64,000 bases of DNA, from assembly GCF_009914755.1 (NCBI RefSeq), contig NC_060940.1; one strand, given 5' to 3'. The notes under the pieces are model-generated. The model was not told the DNA's origin, ran no database searches, and saw nothing but the letters and a program-made list of their open reading frames with translations. Below are positions 30,924-48,060 of the stretch, in pieces; the stretch's first letter is position 1, and the number at the start of each line of letters is the position of its first letter. The position numbers were made by a program, and so were the translations under genes. Source of the stretch: the human T2T-CHM13v2.0 reference genome, Homo sapiens.

Positions 30924-31092
30924 TACCTTGCAGCCTGTTAAAAGTCAGCAGTTCCTTGCCACAGTGGTGGGCTTTGGAGAGTTCTCCCAGCTCTCAATTC
31001 CTCCTTCAGCAGGAGACCCTGCAACCTGTGTGACCCCCCGAACCTCGGCTTCTGGAGGACAATTCTGAACATCCGTTAAAAGGAATAACTTT

Positions 31093-31412
<320 letters not shown>

Positions 31413-32304
31413 TCAGGTCTTAAAATCTTGGTCCCTGGAAAGATTGATGTTAACAAAATTAAGCCAGCATCCTCACCTATCAGGTTTTTTCTACTCTCTG
31501 TTGGACTTCTGTAGAATTTCTTTGGTATTTTTCAGAAGCCAGCCTCCTGCCTAGTCACACAGCTTTCTCCTCCGGGCCTCAGTTTCCCAATCTGTAAAGT
31601 GAGGGAGATGGACAAAGGCTTCTCCCAAGCCTGCTTCTTTCTCAAAGTTGGTACCCAGGGTGGCTTCACACGGTTTTTGAAAACAAAGTGCCTTCACTAC
31701 ACTGGGGAGAGAGGAAAACAAAACAAAACAAAACAAAAGCTGCTGTGAAAACCATCCCAGGATAGCTCATATGAGCTTAGCAGCCGACACACTGGTGTGT
31801 ACAGGACCCATTTGTCAAGCTGACTGTCTCTCCACAAGCTTGGATTTCTCCCTCATGGTCTGGGGTCTGCCTTCCCCCCCTCCCTTCCCCCAGTAAAGAT
31901 GAGGAAATCTATTTATGCAGCTCTGAAACTAGACACACAAGAAGTTGCATCCCCACTGGTTCTTACCAGCTGTGAGACACTGAGCAACTGATTCAACATC
32001 TCTGAACCTCCTTGTCTCCATGTGTACATAATACAGATGTCAGCTGGCATCCCCCTTTCTCCCGGAGAAGCTATATTGACTCAGACACCCCCGAGTCAAT
32101 GTTGTGGTCTTTGAAAGTCTGAAACTCTTCCTTCAATATTTGCTATTTTCTAGGGCTTATGATCTGGAGGTTTTCCTCATGACTGCAGGCAGGATCTCTT
32201 TTTCATGCAGGACCACCCCAGCATCAAGCTCAGCCTCTTCACTGGGTCCCATAAGATGCCCCTCCCTGGCACACATATCAGGCATTTTAAGCTTTAGTGT
32301 ATGA

Positions 32305-32800
<496 letters not shown>

Positions 32801-33066
32801 TAGAGAGATAGCCAGCTCAGTCTCTGTACCTTTTCATTTTACTAAAGGATTTCTTTCCAAATACATGGCCCTTTCCATAAGAATTAAGATATGTAAAACT
32901 ATCTCTGTCTAATAGTGTATGCATTAAAGGTAAGAATACTCACCCACAAGGCTTTTGAGAACATGGGTGGTCCGTTATGTAAAGCTCCTCATGGAATGTT
33001 CAGCTTATAGGTAGTCCTCAAAATTAGTAGCTTTTGCCTTCCCTACCACCAAGCAATGGTTACTGC

Positions 33067-33213
33067 CAGGGCACACTAGGGTCAGGCAAGCAAGGTACCT
33101 AATGTACACAATTTAAGGAGGCACTCACTCTCAGGTTCACGTGCAGCCTGGAGAGTGAGGGCCTCCTTAAATTTTACACCCCCTGGTCTTTCTCTTGCCT
33201 AGTCCTGGCCCTG
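33067..33213. mobile_element. MER96 palindromic hAT MITE
   Basis: caggg...ctagggtcaggcaagc...atttaaggaggcactcactctc / gagagtgagggcctccttaaat...ctagtcctggccctg. Confidence 0.8.
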
Positions 33214-33904
33214 GTTGCAGAATTGGCCAAACCATCTACCCCTTCTGGTTATCTGAATCTGACAAATGTGAATTTGATCCCAGCTTTACCAAATAGTCAC
33301 TAATTTCACCTCGATCAAGTGGCTTGAGTTTCAGCCTACCATTTACAAAATCAAGCTAATAATACCCCTTAGTGGAAAGGGTTGTTTCGGGGTATTAAAG
33401 AGGTCCATATATGCAATGGCGCTTCAATCAATATTGCTTTTCTCTGCCCAGAGTCAATATAAGAACAAAAGATTATTTCAGCTTTCCACGTTCTAGCGTT
33501 TTCACTGCTTCCTTTAATAAAATGAACTCAGCAGGAGATGAGACTAGCTAGCCCAGAACTGTTTTTACAGTTTCCCTTCCTAAAATCAATTTTGCTTTTC
33601 CCTCGTTCTGCAGATGACGTAAAATCTAGAGAGACTACAGGAAATTGAAAGAATAAAATAGATGGTGATCCTGCAGAGTTGTTGCTGGGTTACAGAAAAG
33701 TGCCTTTTGAGAAATCTACCAAACAACATAAAAAGCCAGAAGCAGCATCTTCCTTTAATTCCCCCCACCTCCCCCTGCTTCTGGCTTTGAAAGTCCTTGA
33801 CCATGAAGCTGCCTAGATGCTTTATTGGGTCCTTGAGTGATCAATGGCATGTATGCATTTGATCCTTTACTGCTGATAATCTGTCATTAAAAAATAGGAG
33901 TCGG

Positions 33905-34512
<608 letters not shown>

Positions 34513-34979
34513 GTAGAAGTAGGGGTAAGAGCTAAAAGATACGGTGGTTGATTAAGGACATGGAAGTGTGGCCAGGTTTTCTAAAGAGTATTTCAGGATA
34601 AAAACTAAGGTTGACTTCACAGTCCTCACCAACCTCTATGCCCCACTAATGACTCTTCTGAGCAAATCACTGCCCCCTCTAGAACTCTGGCTGAGCCTTT
34701 GTTTCCAGCACTGAGACACAGACATGTCCCATTCCGCTTGCAGTCTCCCTTGGTGGGGACACCCTCCCTCCTTCCACATGTGACCTAGAAAGAGACTCTG
34801 GCTTCTTGGGCCACTCTATCGTGGCTACCCCTGAAGTTAGAAATCCACCAATCACTTCCTCCAGATTGTCAAGGACCATTACACATTTACATATGCTACC
34901 TCTCTGGTTAGGAATGTAGAAGACAACATAACAGTCATAGGCTATTTCCTGAGGAATTAGTACACATCAACACTGTTAT

Positions 34980-35307
<328 letters not shown>

Positions 35308-35518
35308 CTACTGTTGTCCCTACTTTACAGATGAAGAAACTGAGGCTCAGCAACTAGTAAGAAGTACAAACAGGATCAAAACCAATTGATCCATCTCCAG
35401 AATCTGCACTCTTTAGCCACTAGCTTTTGCTGTCATCCTATGGCCACCCTAGGTACACCCATTCATTTGCATCAGGCCGCCTGTCCTGATTTGCACCTCA
35501 AAAAAATTGAAAAACTTT

Positions 35519-35841
<323 letters not shown>

Positions 35842-36714
35842 TTACCACTAGTATCCCTGATCTACAGTTCTGACTCTCTTTCTGCATGGAAATCAAAAGT
35901 CATTTGACCTCTAATTCAATCCTTCCCATCAGGATGGGATGCCTCTTCCATACAATATCAGAATAATAAAACAATGCAGTATCTTCAGTGTCTACTGGGC
36001 TCAAGTGGGCCATTTTCACAGCAGGCCTTATTGACAAAGTCATTTTAATATTGTTTAGTTCAATCAAAGACCCCAGAGCTGGCCTCCTTTTGTAAAGATG
36101 AACCAGAGCAAGACCTGGCTCTGGTTCATTTGTGACCTGAGAAGTCCCAGGGAAGCCGACATCTCTCTGGTCACCAGGCTTCCCTCTAGCAAATGTGTGT
36201 GTGGAGAATGCTAAATGAGAAAAATTACATAATTGCTTAACACACTTGTAAAAACTCAGCTGTTTGCTAATCCTGCTATTGTGACTGCTATTATTTCTCT
36301 CTTATGATTATTCCATCATGGTTGGGGGAGAATTCAGGGATGGAGGGAGATGGTCACTCATCTTTTAAAAGATCAAGTATTGAGATTTTTCATAACACTA
36401 TCCTGTGAGAGACAAAAGTCATAGCTGAATCTTCCATAACTGTCATCTCAGAAACCGCTATCTTGGATGTGATGTGACAACCAACATTTCCTCTTAAATA
36501 AGGCATTTGTAGCCCTCCCCTTGACCATAGTGATATTTAAAGAAATTTCTGTAATCAAGGAAATAAGATTTGAAAGCAAGCCCCTCGTAAATGACGTGTT
36601 TCATATTACTCACCAAAATCAGTAACAAAAACAATTACACAAAATGTCTTAAATTGATGGGGGTGTCAGGAGAGTAAGAATTTTTTTTTTTAAATGACTG
36701 CTGAAGTCTTCTAA

Positions 36715-37037
<323 letters not shown>

Positions 37038-37782
37038 GCTCTATTATTTTTATGCTGTGTGATACTGATGTACTTTGAATGCTCTCTATTTGAGCTCTGC
37101 ATTCTCTGGATTGATGGAACGCGACATTTTTCTTTGTCTCCAGAAATTCCCCCTCTCCTTCAATAATGAGTCTCTAGACTTAGTACTGCCTGAACAGCGG
37201 GATACTCTCTTCCAGGCAGGGATCATTAGTGAAAGATTGGCAACATTTTCTCAACACTGGTAGAAAGAGGAGTTATATGAGCCCTCTGTGCATGTGTTTT
37301 TAGGTACATGTATTTGTATTAGGCCCTAAGGAGTTTCAAGACAAGCTGAATTTCCTTCAGTGTTTAATACTTCATAAATAAAGCCTTATTAGCAATTCTC
37401 AGCTCCAGCAAATCATGGATGTATTCCAGAGAACATTTAAAATATAAATGTAATTTCAAGTGGAAGAAAAGAGCCCCATTTTTCCAAATAGTCAACATAT
37501 CTCAAGACACTAACATTTTCAGGATGGAGAGGGTGACAGATAGGGAGTCAGATGGGAATGCTTTGGTGAGATAGAGAGCCCTCACAGAAAGAAACAAAGG
37601 CCACTCTCCCCCTCACTACATGCTTAAATACTCACAAGGTGACATGAGGTAGGTGTTGGAATTATCCCCATTTTATATTTGATGAAACATTTACAGGTTA
37701 AGCAAACTGTCCGAGGAGACCCAGATAATAAGTGGAAGAACTGGTATCGGAAGTTAGCACAGTAACTCAAAAACTGCCCTCT

Positions 37783-37870
37783 GGCTGGGTGTGTAATCCC
37801 AGCACTTTGGGAGGCCTCAGCAGGATTACTTGAGTGGAGGAGTTTGAGACTAGCCTGGGCAACACAGCGA
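37783..37870 (+). mobile_element. FLAM/AluJ left-monomer fragment after a MIR (about 37620-37770, -)
   Basis: tgtaatcccagcactttgggaggcc...ggagtttgagactagcctgggcaacacagcgag. Confidence 0.85.
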
Positions 37871-38829
37871 GTTCTCCAAGTCACTGTCCTCTTCAACATG
37901 ATATATTTTTCTTCCTGCGTGCCTTTCCAGAAAAGATGTCTTATTTCCAAATGAACCTCCAACCAATACCCATAGCCCATACTCCTTATCCCTTTTAGAA
38001 GGACCTACCTTCCAGCCCAAACTTCGTATCCTTCTTGAAACAAACCACCCACACCCCTCTTTCCAGCCCATATTCCATGTCTTCCTTGGAATGAACCACA
38101 AGCACCCACCCCCAACACATATTCCTTATTGTTGTTGAGATGAACCACTGAATTCGACCCCTAGCCTGTATTGTCTGTCTTTCCTGGTCATGCATGGCCT
38201 CAGTGAAAGCCACTAGGTCTCTCCCATGAGTATCATTACTGATGTTCTTTGGGGGGACATGGCTTAGCTGTTTCCAAACAATGGCCAATTCCACCTACCC
38301 CATCCATTGATCCTATCTCTTACCTCGGGGAGAAGGGCCCACAGGAATTTAGTCTGGCCCTGTCCTTTGAATGGCTCTCTGCAGTGGCAGGTAAGACTGG
38401 TACGGAAGGAGGTGTGAGGTAGATAACCCCTCGCTGAATCAAACTCAAAGAGACTCTCAATCCGGACTCAACGTTCTTGACAGGTTCCAGGGCCCGTGCC
38501 TCGCTTATATCTCAAGGTAGGTTCCGTAGCACTCAATAAAACCCTCTGCAAGGTATGGATCATCATTTGGTGGTTGGATAATCCTAATCTCAGGGTGTTG
38601 AAAGCCCCCACTGTTAAGAAAACCTTCAGTCTTCTTCCCAGGAAATGGACATCTCCTCTTGGCCTGCTCCAACATGCAGAGTTGTTCAAGGGGGCATGGA
38701 GAGAACACTGTTCTCTCTCCTACCCAGTGTGTTTGTCATTCTGGAAAGAGCAGGTGGAGAAAAGCAGGCTGTTCTCTTGACACTGCATTCTTTCTGGCTT
38801 TACACTAATTTAATCTAAGACACAACATT

Positions 38830-39060
38830 CAACATAATTCATTGAGTAGCTAGGATCTTCCAGGCGCTGTACTAAGAATCTTAAATTTTATCTCATTTAA
38901 ACCTCAAAACTCTAAAGGTGGATAATGGTACCCTCCTCATTTTACAGATTTAGCTAAAAAGTAATCACTTGTTCAAGAGTGCACAGCCAGTCAGTTAGTG
39001 GTGGACCTGCAATTAACACCCAGGTTATTCTACTCCACAGCCAATGTCTTAATGCTCTTA
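38830..39060 (-). mobile_element. MIR
   Basis: tatctcatttaaacctca...cattttacagat...cacttgttcaag. Confidence 0.7.
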
Positions 39061-39154
39061 TTAGATTGCCTCCTCGATAGAATTATGACTCTCAGAAGAA
39101 GTTTTAATAAACTTTCTTTCATTGAACGACGTGGGTGGGCATTAGGCAGCCTAG

Positions 39155-39177
39155 CTTTATATAAAATGACGTCAGCA
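39155..39177. promoter_or_regulatory. Adjacent TATA-like and full CRE motifs (candidate)
   Basis: ctttatataaaa-TGACGTCA-gca; CRE at 39167-39174; motif only. Confidence 0.3.
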
Positions 39178-39437
39178 CCCTCAGAATGAAAGAATGTTGG
39201 AAATGAAAGGCTCTAGGCTTTAACTGTATTAGTAGCTCCTTTTAAATAAGGAAACTGAGACCCACAAAGAAATAACTCAGCCAAGATCACAAATTTTACC
39301 TCTGGGAAACAAAAGCAGCCTACATAGAAATAACTTTTACATCAGATATTCCAAAATGTGTTTCATGGAGGAGTAAGGTCTGTGAGATGTTAAAAATAGC
39401 TCAGGGAAGGGGGAAAGAAGGGTTCTGTGGTGAAATA

Positions 39438-40329
<892 letters not shown>

Positions 40330-40599
40330 AAAATACAGTAAATTTTTAAAATGCCAGATTAAACTAAGTTAGATAGGTTTCTTTCCTGCAGGACTTCTTG
40401 TTGACAGAGTATACAGCATTTTCCTACTTATTTGACTGTGGAAACTCTTTTCTTCATATCTCACTTAATACAAGTTCACAAGATTTTGGTGTCCCATCCT
40501 ATATCCCATCAGATTATCAAATCGTAGCAACACAATATCTTACACTTGAGAGAAAAGCAGGACAGTCCTTTATGATTTGGTACCTGCAGTAGAAACAGA

Positions 40600-41022
40600 G
40601 TGTCTGGTGAAAGGAATGCCACCTCCTACCAATTCAGCAATCCCTGAGATCCACTCATTTGTGCTGGCCACAGTACCTCCAAGCTTCTCTTCCTCTCTGT
40701 TCTGCCCACAAACCTGCATTCTTGCCTGCCTCCTGGATTCACAGAAATCCAAAGGGAAAAAACAAAGGAGGTCTTTCTTTACCAGGAGTGCTGAGATAGC
40801 TCGCAGGAGAATGAATGGTAGGATTCAAGCATGTTAGAACTCTACAGAAACAGAGGGACAGTGGTATGATTCCAAGCACTTGGGGACAATTCTCCCCCAC
40901 ACATTTCATTGGCTAGAACTGATCGCATGGCCCCACCTGACTCCAAGGAGGCTGGGAAGTGAAGTCTTCCTGAGTGTTTAGGAAAAAGAGAACCAGATAT
41001 GGAAAAGTACAAATCTTTCCAC
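40600..41022 (-). mobile_element. Old MLT1 (J/K-type) LTR fragment
   Basis: catttcattggctagaactgatcgcatggccccacct...caaggaggctgggaagtg. Confidence 0.6.
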
Positions 41023-41319
41023 CTCAGGACCCTAAGTTCTTAGTCATTCCAGTGTCAGAAGAAATTAATGTGATGGAATACTTCAACTATCACTCCTTGA
41101 AGTTTCATCACTCTCTCTCATTTGGACTTATAGTAAACCCCTATCTTAGTTCCCATTGTCGCCTAAGAAAACAATAGTTCAGCATGGTAGAGTAACTTGT
41201 CCAAGGTTCTTTTAGCTAATAAGTGACAAAGCCAGACTCAAACCCATATCTTCCTGACTCCAAAAACTGTATTTACCTTAAACAGTTGTTGTGAGGATTG
41301 ATTAAATCAGAAATCCATT

Positions 41320-42200
41320 CATTCATTTGAATATTCATTAAACACCTACATGAACCATTTACTAGTCAGTATGTAGAGAATTTGGCAGACACTGCTCTCC
41401 TAGAATTTAAAACTGTATGAGGATAAAATAACAAACAAGAAAAATGGTCAAATAATTTCAACAATGGAAAAATTTCAGAAAGAAAAATAAAATAAGCTAA
41501 AGGAATGGAGTAAAAGGGATGGGGAAGGCAGGTATTTTGAATAGGGGAGTCAGGCAAAGCCTGAAGAGGTGATCTCAGGAGAAGAGGCTGAAGCAAAGGA
41601 GGAGAGGTCTTAAGCAGAGCTGGAAGGAGGGGGATTAACAAGTGCAAAGGCCCTGAGGTGACAGTGGGCTGGGTACATTTAAAAAACAACAACAATAAGG
41701 CAAATACGACTGGAGCAAGGAAGTGAAGGGGACAACAGTAAATGAGGTCAGAGAAGTAGTCAGATGGCACATAGCCTAGGTCAGAGAAGTAAGCAGATGG
41801 TGCATAATCTGGGAGAGGGAGGCACAATCGGGAATCTGGAAAATTTCTAGCCATGATGGGAAGAAACCCACTGGAGTGCTTTGGGCGATGGAATGACGTG
41901 GTCTGTGTTCTTTTTCTTAAGGTTCCTTTTCTATTATTATTTCTGTGCAATAGACTGTTCTGCTAGAGGGAGGAGTAAGAATAGAAGTAAGAAGAATAAT
42001 TAGGGAGCTACTGAAGTCATTCAAGCAAAAATTGATGGTAGCCTGGATAAGACTGTTCAAAAGAGAAGGTGAAAAGTCATTAGATTCAGGATATATTCTG
42101 GATGTTAAACCAACCAGATTTATTGGCAGATTGGACGTAAAGATTGAGGGGAAGAAGAGAATCATGAAAAACCCCTAGGTTTTTGGCCTGAAGAGCTGTG
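41320..42200 (-). mobile_element. L2a LINE relic with an internal 33-bp tandem duplication (41745-41810)
   Basis: cattcattcatttgaatatt...aagtgcaaaggccctgagg...ggatatattctgga...ggtttttggcctga. Confidence 0.8.
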
Positions 42201-42210
42201 GTTCTGTGGT

Positions 42211-42573
42211 TTTGGTAGACAGAATGATGCTCCCCACACCCCCAAGATGACCCTGTTCTAATCCCTTGGACCTGTCAATATATTACTTTGCATGACCAAA
42301 AGGATTTTACAGGTGTGATTAAGTTAAGAGCCTTGAGCTGGGGAGATTTGAGCCAAGGAATGCAAGCAGAATCCAAAAAACAAACAAACAAAAAAAAATG
42401 GATTCTTCCCTAGAGCCTCCAGAAGGAACATGGCCCAGCTGACACCTTGATTTTAGGCCAATGAAAACCATTTTGGATTTCTGACCTCTAGAACTATAAC
42501 ATAATAAACCCCTGTTGGTTTAAGCCACTAAGTCTGTAGTAATTTGTTATAGGAACCATAGGGAACTAATTTA
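42211..42573 (+). mobile_element. MLT1D-like LTR (internally deleted)
   Basis: ggtagacagaatgatgctcccc...gattcttccctagagcctccagaaggaac...taagccactaag...gaactaat. Confidence 0.85.
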
Positions 42574-43464
42574 GTGGGATGTGAACAGTGCCTTGAATCT
42601 TGTTAAGACACTAAAGGGTGATCACCACAGCAAACTAGGAGTTAGAGCAGAGAACAGAGGGAGACAGGGTAGGTTTACTGTTCAATCTTAAAATGGAAAA
42701 GTACTTAATTGTGTGATATATTGAGTTTCACTAACAAGCAGGAAGTACCAATTTGTGCCAGGTCTTATATCAGACAATGGAGACATGAGGATGAGTAAGA
42801 TGCAGGGCCCGGTCTGGTGGATGAATTTGCAGGATGGGGAACAATTTCACAGCAGCTTAATGGACCTGCCTGTCATTTTACCTTGAAAAGGGACCCTAGT
42901 CTAGTTTTCATCTTTGAGTATAGGGGGGATAAAAAGGCCTCTTGGTGCTCGATTTCCTCTGGTACCACGGAATGTTTCTTTGGGCAGGTCTCTTCTGTCT
43001 TTTACATCTGACCCACAAAATGCACTTTATTCCACTTGGTCTGGACTTTCTATTGAAACCAGCAAAATGATTTACAGAATGTACAGCATCTCTGAAAAAA
43101 ATAGTAAAAGATTCATTGGAAGAGTGAAATCTCTTTTAGGTTGCAGGAGATGTCTCTTCACTCATCTGATATGATACAGTTTTAAAGTGATAATTGAGAC
43201 TTTTTTATGGAGTGCAGTTAAGAAATGTCATTACTGTTTATTACAGAAAATGAAATAAATTGGTAGTGCGGGTAAGAGAACTCATATTGTAGAGAATTAC
43301 AACTCTTTGGGAAATACGAGGTGAGCATCTTCTTTGGGCACGAGAATTTTTTTTCAAATACCTTCCAATTAGCACAAGCCTTGTGCTCAGTATTTCCTCC
43401 ACTCCCCACTCAATGACGGTTTATAAAAAAAAAAAAAAAACTACCCTTATTCCAAATTTAAGAG

Positions 43465-43590
43465 GCAGAGAGAGATGGGGGCGGTGGCGGGGAAGGGAGA
43501 AAAGGAGAAGAAAGGAGTGAGAGGGACAGAGACGGAGAGGGATGAGTGGGGGGAAGAGAGAGAGAGAGAAGGGGAAAATGTGGGAAAGAG
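43465..43590. repeat. GA-rich low-complexity purine tract
   Basis: gaagggagaaaaggagaagaaaggag...gagagagagagaag. Confidence 0.7.
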
Positions 43591-43639
43591 GTTCAGACTG
43601 GTTGGATCGTGTCTGCAGTGATTGCTGACTGCAGGGTTG

Positions 43640-43880
43640 CACAGTAGACCAGCACTGGCTGTAATGTTAAGCTGGCCAGAATTTAAAGCTCATCTCTGGC
43701 ATAAACTACCTGTGTGACCATGGACAAAATATCTAAACCCTATGAGCTTCAGTTTTTTTCATTCATTAAATTGGAGAAATGATACCTGTTTGCAGGGCTA
43801 TTGGGAATTCTGGTGTGATCATGTATCTGAAGTACCCGGCATTGTCTAAAACATGGTAGATGCCTAATAAATACTCACTT
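43640..43880 (+). mobile_element. MIR
   Basis: ctgtgtgaccatggacaa...cttcagttttttcattc...tggtagatgcctaataaata. Confidence 0.75.
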
Positions 43881-44671
43881 CATTCTCCAGAGCATCCTGC
43901 TTCTCTCTCGTTCTCTTTTTGACACTCCTTAATTTTCCTCTTTTGAGAATCAGTGATACATACCTGGGGAGAAAAAAAAGGAGGTGGGAAGAAATGGGAA
44001 GGCATGATAAGGTTGTGGGGAGACTATCGCACCACTGACTTTTCTTATAACTTCCCAGGACTGGCTGGGGAAAGACCTGGTAGGTACAGGGGGAGCCATG
44101 GCCTGGAATAGCAAGCTGGACATTCCTGGTTATGTTACTATACTGAGACTTAAGGCTGCGAAACACTTGTCCATCTTCAGCTATATTTCTTCCTCACTTA
44201 AACCCTCTGGGACAATTTTCCACTTTAGAGCTAAAGAAACTGAGGCTGGGAGAGGCTTTCTGACTTGCCCAGGATGACTACAGTGAGTAAGGGGAGCCTC
44301 AGTCTCCTCAAGTCACCACGCAGGCAGCCCTTTCTGCCTCATTGCACCTGGCACCCACCTTTATGTAAAAGCCAACATCAAAGAAAACGACCCAAGTGCT
44401 GGGGGACTTCTCCTTAAGTCAACTAAAGATGAGGTCCTTGTCACATGGCCACGAAAATGTAGGCTTGCAGACGATTCGAAGAGTGAGAAAAATGGGATTT
44501 ACTCGGCAAAAAGGAAAAAAAGGGGAAACAGAGACTCTTAGTGAAGCGAGAGAGCGTGCTTCCTACCTGTGCACTTCCTGCCTCACAGTTTGAATCCCAG
44601 GTTCCACACAGGAAGAGGAGGGGCCAGGCTCCTCCCTGCTGCAAACAGCATTAGTTACTGTGGCTCCATCT

Positions 44672-45587
<916 letters not shown>

Positions 45588-46039
45588 CATCCCAGTATGC
45601 ACTCCTCCCAGTGAATAGGCCAGTTGGAGTTTTGCCAGGGGGCCCTTCCCACCTGACTGTCTCACAAATTCTCAGACCGGGAGAAGGACCTCCTTGAAAA
45701 GGCGAGTTGGATCCCTTGAATTACATAAGGGGAGGAGATAACCTGAGCCTTAAACTCACAGTGAAGCCCACTAGTTGGGAATTCAGAAGAGACAGAGAGT
45801 TGAAAATTACCGAAGGAAACTTGCCCAAATACTTAAGATAGAATCACAGTGCTCTGAAAGAATATGCTAAGTCACTGTATTTTTAAGAACTGGGAAAACG
45901 TGTTTCCTGCTACTATTTGGAAAGAATGACTCTAAGAGCGTAAAGGGCAAAACCCTTCTTTTTATGAGCACTGTTTACTGTTGCTGATACCTCCTGACTA
46001 AATAGACTGTGTCTACATGTGGACCACTTGGGACCAGTT

Positions 46040-46154
46040 CCTGAGCTCCACTTTGGACCTAATGAATCAGAAGTTATTAGGGATGGGCCCCAGAGTTTTC
46101 TGTTTTAATATGCTACCATAGTGGCCCTAATGCACAGATGAACTGGAAACCACT
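46040..46154. mobile_element. MER5A fragment
   Basis: gacctaatgaatcagaa...gggatgggcccc...ctgttttaa...gaaaccact. Confidence 0.6.
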
Positions 46155-46328
46155 CTTCTAAATGTGTCTTATGTCTCCCTTGCCTGCTGGATCCTGATTC
46201 AACAGATATTTATTGAATTCCAACTATTTAGCTGGCTGTGTTTTATGCACTTGGGATATACCTATAAACAAAACTGAACGCTCTGTCAAAAAAATCTGTT
46301 TTCTAGAACTTATAGTCTACTGTGTGGG

Positions 46329-46732
46329 TGACATTGTTTAAATATGTGTCCTCATCAAATCTCATGTTGAATTGTAATCCCCAGTGTTGGAGGAGGGGCT
46401 GGGTGGGAGGTGACTGGATCATGGGGATTAGCACCATTCCCTCTTGGTACTGTACAGCGAGTTCTCATGAGATCTGGTTGTTTAAAAGTGTGTGGCACCT
46501 CCCCCCTTATTCTCTCTGTTGCTTCTGCTCTGGCCATGTAAAGACGTGCCTGCTTCCCCTTTACCTTCCACCATGATGGTAAGTTTCCTGAGGCCTCCCC
46601 GGAAGCCAAGCAGATGCCAGCCTCATGCTTCCTGTACAGGCTGCGGAACCATGAGCCAATTAAACCTCTTTTCTTTATAAATTACCCAGTCTCAGGTATT
46701 TCTTTACAGCACTGTGAGAACAGACTAATACA
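46329..46732 (+). mobile_element. MSTA-type MaLR solo LTR
   Basis: caaatctcatgttgaattgtaatcccc...gagccaattaaacctcttttctttataaattacccagtctcaggtattt...ctaataca. Confidence 0.9.
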
Positions 46733-47203
46733 GCAAAAATAGGTGAGTGAGGAAAGAAAATAAGCAATAAACACAACAAATCATTTTTTACTTTATATTA
46801 AAAGATCATCATTGCTTTTTTTTAAAGAAGAGGCAGATAAAAGGGGAAACAGGAGTGTGGGGATGGGAGAGAGGAGTGGGTTGGGTGGTGTGACCCTGGA
46901 TCTTCTGTCTACTCCAGGAATGAGACTTTAAACCTTTCCTGCCTGCATCAACCTGGACTGCTCAGATCTGGGCTTCCCACTTCTACCTGCCTCCTGATTC
47001 TCAGTGCTCTGTTGCCCTGTTAGTTCCTAGGTACTCCACCCACAGTGCACGGAAGTAACCTTCCTCTGCTAGCTAAACAGAATTCGTGACGACCTCTCCA
47101 GGCTAACTCTGGGAAAATGCTTGTTTAAACCTCCCTGTAGGACTAAACGCTTAACCAATTCTTTGAAACACCAGAAAGACTGGAGATATATTTGAGCAAC
47201 ACT

Positions 47204-47440
47204 CTGTGGGGTGCTGGAGCCAGTATGCACGAGCTCCTGAGAGCCAATTGTGTGCATGTTTTTTCCAGCTAGGCATCAGTGGTGTTATATCATAGCTCAA
47301 ACCAGTGGGGGGCCGGAGGCGGGCGGGGTGGGGACGGTGGGAGTAGTTAGTTACACTGAGAACTGTGATAACTCAGCAAGTGCTACAGATCAGGGCTCCC
47401 TTTAGAGATCTGTTGTTACATATTGACCATCACATCAGTG
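47204..47440 (+). mobile_element. MER63A with a GC-rich internal expansion
   Basis: gtgctggagccagtatgcacgagctcctgagagccaattgtgtgcat...gctacagatcagggct...cacatcagtg; 8-bp TSD gcaacact/gtaacagt. Confidence 0.8.
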
Positions 47441-48060
47441 GTAACAGTTATGTGCTAGAAATAGCCCCAGAAGAACATAACTCCAAAGCTCTCTCCCTAA
47501 ATCCAGTAACCTGGGTTTGGCTCTTCTCTTGCTTCCTGGGTACAAGAAAATCTCAAACCCTCTTGCTACCGAAGGGTTTGAGATTCTAGACCAAAAAGAT
47601 ACACAGAGAGGCTTGGAATAAAATAGACAGTAGTGACTTGAAGGAATACAAAGGGTGAAAAATTCCTGCACTCAATTTATTGTCTTATATCTTGAGGTTT
47701 ATTTTTCCTAATAATCATTACACCCTCAGAAACTGATGAGTTTCCAGGGCATTATAAATTTAAAACATTTAGCAGGGCTAGCACTAAAATAGCTCATTAA
47801 AGAGTGTGGGTTGGAAAGGCTTGTTAGTCTGCTTTATATACAATGATCAATTACAGCAAATTTCTCAGCAGTAGTTTCTATCACTCTTCTTTAAGATGCA
47901 GTAATACAAATGAGATCATCAGACTTAAGGAAGTTAATCAGTGCATCAAGGTTTTCCACAGAAATTTTCCAAGGCAGGAGAAAGAAAATGGACATTCCAG
48001 ATGCCTAAGACTATGGTTTAAAGAGTCTCAACAAGCTCAAAATGTCAAGAAAGCTTTGGC

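Noticed and set aside
32057-32100. Two adjacent short inverted repeats (ttctcc-c-ggagaa; attgactc...gagtcaat)
   Set aside because: Arms of 6-8 bp are expected by chance in 64 kb.
41366-41950. 194-aa ORF with a repeated YxPSxYFSDL motif
   Set aside because: Lies within a decayed L2; the repeat reflects a 33-bp DNA tandem duplication.
43247-43326. Plus-strand exon-like segment (ttacAG ... GAG|GTGAGC)
   Set aside because: Stops in all frames and a weak polypyrimidine tract; such site pairs occur by chance.
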